64,000 bases of DNA, taken from NCBI RefSeq assembly GCF_000143415.4, contig NW_003314345.1:576574-640573 (forward strand). Direction: 5' to 3'. Below the pieces are notes generated by a model. The model was not told the origin of the DNA, made no database searches, and worked only from the letters and a program-made list of their open reading frames with translations. Positions 59,461-64,000 of the stretch are shown here, in pieces (within the stretch, counting starts at the first letter, position 1; each line of letters begins with the position of its first letter). The DNA comes from Selaginella moellendorffii. Lineage: Eukaryota; Plantae; Lycopodiophyta. Position numbers and translations under genes: made by a program.

Positions 59461-60679
59461 CATCTAGAATGAAGATCCTCATTTGCATGAACAAGGTGGC
59501 ACTATTTCAAGAGGTGGTTGTTTCATTCCATGCCTACAAGTGGTTCTTCACATCTATTTTGCCTAGGTTGCATGTGTTTGAGCTGGTTACAGACAATTCT
59601 GGAAATCTGGGCCTTGACCATGTCTCTAAACAGCCATGTGCTTTGAGCTGATCTATCTGGTGGGAAGCTCATGGTGGGATGTTGAAGCAACAAATCAGCT
59701 CATATTGTTGCAATTGAGCTCTCAAGATTTGACTTTCCCTTTTTTGACTTTCACCACTAGAGATCTGTTTAAGTGGTGCCATGTTCTATGCCATAGTGCT
59801 CTTGACAATACTTGCTTGTACAATGTTGTGGCTTTTGCCATCAAGAAGCTACTAAGCGGAAGGACCATCGTGAGCTTGACACACACCATGAGAGACACAC
59901 AATGAGTGATGGATGAAATGGCCATCGACATTCTCCGGTCTTGAGGTGGTAGGCTCGTCCGAGCTAGCAAAGAAAATGGTAGTGAAGCACATGAGAATGG
60001 TGAGCCATGTAAAGGGTGACCATGAGTGGATCTTCACTGCAAATGTGTTATAGCCTATATTAGGTGATGCTGCCACTTGGATACTGGCTGATAATACTGA
60101 TTAGTTGAGTGTTGTGTTGAAGGTGGCAGAGCCAATCTTCAGGCAGGCTTATGTTGTGAAGGGGTGTCACGACGAGATGCAGCCTATAAAGACAAGGACA
60201 AGCAAGCAAGGTACAACTTGTTTAGTTACCCTGTCAAAGTCCAAGAGTTTGTGAGCAAGCTGCAAATGGAAGTGGAATGGCTCATCTGCTTCAACTGCTT
60301 TGCCTTGCTTAATAAGAAGCAGATCACTCGAAAGCATTTGCTCTTTTGCTTTCTATGCTGCATGGAAATTATACCCCCATGCTGATGCCGAGGCCAGATG
60401 GTAAGTATGAGCTGGATGCAAGCTGTGTCAGTTCAGATCTGAAACAATGATATTTATGCAGTAAAGCCTCAAAAAGCTTGCTTGGGTATGGTCTCTTTTT
60501 CCCTTACCAGCCTTTGTGATCTTATTATAAGTGGATGCTACCATCTGTTGGAGTGAGCTCTAGCCAAGATGAAGATGATGATGATGATGATCTCACTCTT
60601 GATGAGGAGGAGGAGGAGCTGTCATGGGTGAGCCAAAGATTCAATGATGGATTTATAGGAACTACTTCATGGCATCAAC

Positions 60680-61695
60680 TGCATCAAATGCAATGAAAAG
60701 TCAACTCAGACAATGCTAATAGTAGTCAATAAAGACCATGATAATGGAAAAATGAATATTAAGTGGAACAAAATATGAATTCACTAAAAGAAATAATTGG
60801 GAAGGTTATAGTGCTGCATTAAGAACTTCCTCATGCACAAAACTTCAAAAAGTTCAGCTCATCAAATAACACTCTCTACCTTGAGAAAGGAGTATGATGT
60901 AAGATGAGCACCTGACCATCATCTGTCACTTCCAAGTTCTATGGCATCGGACAGTCCCTCGTCCAAGATACAGGTAGAGGCCAAAGGGATTCCGTAAAGC
61001 CGTGATCCTTTGTGTTGTTCCTGGTCATTTGGAGCTAGGCAAGGGATCCATTGTGAAAGTAGTGGAGAAATACACACATGAACTCTTGGTATTCAACTAT
61101 ATATAGATGGTATATATACATGGAAACTATTGCCACTTGGGCACACATCATCTCTACCTCTAACACTCAAGCTTGAACCTAAGCCTGAATTGTGCTTACT
61201 TAGTCTAAGATGTTGAGCATGAAGAGCTGATCAGAAAAACATATGAAAAATTCATCAATCAAATACCCAAAACTTAGTTCTTGGTCTTGGCCTTGTTTGC
61301 ACACACTCTTCTTGCCACTAGCATGTGTTCTTAGTTTTCTACTGCTACCAGGCACTTGAATCTCCATAAAAACTTTTCCCAATTGCTGGAAATTGCGGTA
61401 GAGATCATGGTGGACATTAGCAATCTCTTGGCTATTACTAGTGCCGGCATTGGATCATTGTCAAGGTAGGTGGAGAATTTGTAGCTCCAATGCTAGAATT
61501 CAGCAGAGGGTAATTGCACCTTATTTGGCACCTTAGAGCCCCTATTATGCCAATTCTAGGGTGGCTTGCAGTTGACTAGTGGAAACATGGTAGCCCCAAG
61601 TCATCCTCCCAAACACACTTTATCATCCTTTTTTGTCTACATAGCATAACAAGCAATTGAGGCTCCTAGTTTAACTAATTAGTTTAGTAAGTGGT
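60680..61695 (-). repeat. Third copy of the dispersed repeat module found in the palindrome arms
   Basis: Reverse-complement identity with 44730-46240 and direct identity with 50740-51790. Confidence 0.8.
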
Positions 61696-62699
61696 TGAGT
61701 CTTGAAAGTTTATATATTCTTAGATTGAGAGTTATTCTTTCTTTAGGTAAGAAATTTTCCACAAATTTTTTCCAATGGTTGATTCATTTTGCCTGAAACC
61801 CAATCTATTTATAATTATTTCTAATTGCTTCATGTTTATCTATGATGAGTGTTGCCTAGTTGGGTCTTTCTTCTTTGAATGCCTAAGCTTATATTTCACC
61901 TAAGCTTCTTTCTTTTACTCTATCTGGGAAAATACACAAGATAAAACATTTACCTTCCACGACAAAGTTATTGCTTGTCCTCAAGCATTTGGATTCTCCA
62001 AATCCTGCTCTAGGTTGTTGAGCTTGGTCTTCATAGTGATAAGCTCATCCCCCATGACCAGAAAAATTATATTATGTATCAAGAACTCGATGATCTACAC
62101 CAAAGCGTGCAATACATCAGTAATTTTCCTAGTCAAGCATTGCAATGTGCTAGTTTTGGTAGTTGATGTGCTCTATATTGGTGGATGTGAAAGCTAGGAT
62201 TGCACTCTTGAGTTTTTAGATTATGTGGCTCTGATAATTCTACTCGCCCATGACTCCATCCACTTTCTTGGTTATTGTCTTAAAGTAGCTCAAGACCTAT
62301 ACATGATATTTTGTTGTTTCTTTGTTTTCTATCGGCTGCATTGGCTCATCGACTAACTGCTTGCCTCCTCCCTTAATGTGTTGAGTGAGCTCCTCCATAA
62401 AGCTTCAGATTGCTAACTTGCTTAACTGACTCACAGTCTTGTGAGCAAAGGTGCAATTAGCCTTGATTTTGTAGTGCTATTGCGACGCCTGCTGCTACTA
62501 TGGCTGGCTAGACTAATCGGACGAGGGTGTGTAATTGTTGGATGCAAAAGTTCACTAGAGAAGACTTAGCCCACACTCCTTTAGTTCACCTAGATCCTCT
62601 TTTGTATCTTCATCCTCTTCATCCTATTGAGTTTCTTGGCTGTGAACTTCTTGGCCTAAACTCACTTCATTAGTTATATTTACAACCAATGGTTTTATG

Positions 62700-63900
62700 G
62701 CATTTTTAGGCATATTATATGTCAAAATTTATGGCCTAAGTTGTGAAATTTCTTTCACAACTTTGACCTCCATTGTTAACCTAGTGTTGTCTGTTTGTGT
62801 ACTCATCACTTCCTCAATGCTCAAAGAGATTTATATCAACATTAGGGTTGTCTCTGTAAATGTAGACAAGTCACAACTTTGCTCCTAATTGGGGCATGGC
62901 ATTTTATCACCATACTTGCTGAGTCCAACTTTTTTGCGGCATACTTGGCCACTAGATTTCTGTGGAACAAACCCTAGAGGTCTTGCAACTTGGATTTTTA
63001 GGTTTAGGAGGAGTTTCTTTTTGAAGGGAGAACTTTCCTCACTTGAATTCGTATCATCGAGATTTTTCTCCACATCCACATCCCTTGCTATTTCCCTCAT
63101 AAGATATATTGGAGGTGGTGGCTTAATAGCAAGGTGAGGTGTGGGATTCTCTTGAGTAGTGTAATGCTCGTAGATGTGCCGCAAAAAGATAAATGTCTTC
63201 CCTTACCTACCTATAAGGCAACATTCTTTATTTCGGCCATAAATCTATTGTAGGAGAAATGAGCTATGTTTATTTGTTGTCTAGTCTTGATAGCTTCCAA
63301 TGGGCCAACTATCTTAATGTTGGCATTTTGCACAACTGTCCTCCCGTTGATGATGATACACAACACCTTAAGCCTAGCATGATTATCGGGCTTCAAGTAG
63401 GTGAAATTGCCTCCTTGTCTAGATGTGTAGTTAAGGAGGATGTATTGATCAAACATGCAATCCTTCTTGCTCATCATGATTATTTTGCCCTCATTGTCTA
63501 CGCAAAAAATCTGAGTAAATTGGGTGAGTCCAAAGGGATGGATTTGCCTGTGGAAGAGAAATGCATGCTCCGTTAGGTACCACTTTTGCATAAGCTCGAT
63601 CTCTTGTTTAATCAATATTTCTCTTTCGAGTAGCTCCATATAGGCGAGTAACCCAAAAGTATTAAGCCAAAACTTGTCCTAGGGAGAAAACACAAGCTCT
63701 CTAAACAATTTTACTTGGCCATAATCAAGCTTTTTGCTGTTAGACGAGATTTCCTCCATATGCTTGTTTTGTTTAGGCATTTTTGCCGCCCATACAGATT
63801 TGTAGACAAAACACTCAATGTTAGGTGACCGGGAGATGTAGTGTGGTGCCAATAGAGGTGCTCAAGTGAAATCTTTCGTCAACAGTGTGTCAAGAGTGGA
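62700..63900 (-). mobile_element. Degenerate ORF remnants, possibly a retroelement accessory ORF
   Basis: Broken ORFs 63211-63639 and 62885-63184 in a repeat-rich context. No diagnostic motif. Confidence 0.25.
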
Positions 63901-64000
63901 GTTGATAGCTTGTGGCAATGGCGTGAGGACAAAATCACTCTGTCTAATCAAGGGTGCACTCCATCCAGTAGGCAGCGGCAATGGCGTTTGCTGTTGCGCA

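Noticed and set aside
59469-60660. Coding-like fragments on the plus strand
   Set aside because: Multiple stops and no recognisable family, so they cannot be assigned.

Overview
Compact plant nuclear DNA with very short GT-AG introns (about 45-65 nt). Style and gene content suggest a lycophyte such as Selaginella (inference only). 1-21.5 kb is gene-dense. It holds a secreted His/Gly-rich repeat protein, a subtilase that appears to lack the PA domain, a WWE + minimal ADP-ribosyltransferase gene with two decayed tandem copies, an intronless APH-fold kinase, a signal peptidase I and an SCP1-like CTD phosphatase. It also holds heavily internally deleted pseudogenes (PPR, TWD40-2, SAE1). 22-39 kb is two copies of a non-coding LTR retroelement (LARD-like, minus strand, tRNA-Met PBS, PPT). 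One LTR carries a 5S-rRNA-containing Cassandra-like solo LTR. About 40.9-55.7 kb is the most striking structure: a ~15 kb inverted duplication. Each arm carries a near-identical intronless P-loop NTPase + restriction-endonuclease-fold (Crinkler/RHS 'CR'-type) gene plus a decayed paralogue. The arms enclose a third, 8-exon coiled-coil-header/NTPase/PD-(D/E)xK nuclease gene. 56-64 kb is mostly degenerate retroelement and repeat sequence. All assignments come from reading motifs by eye; no searches were run.
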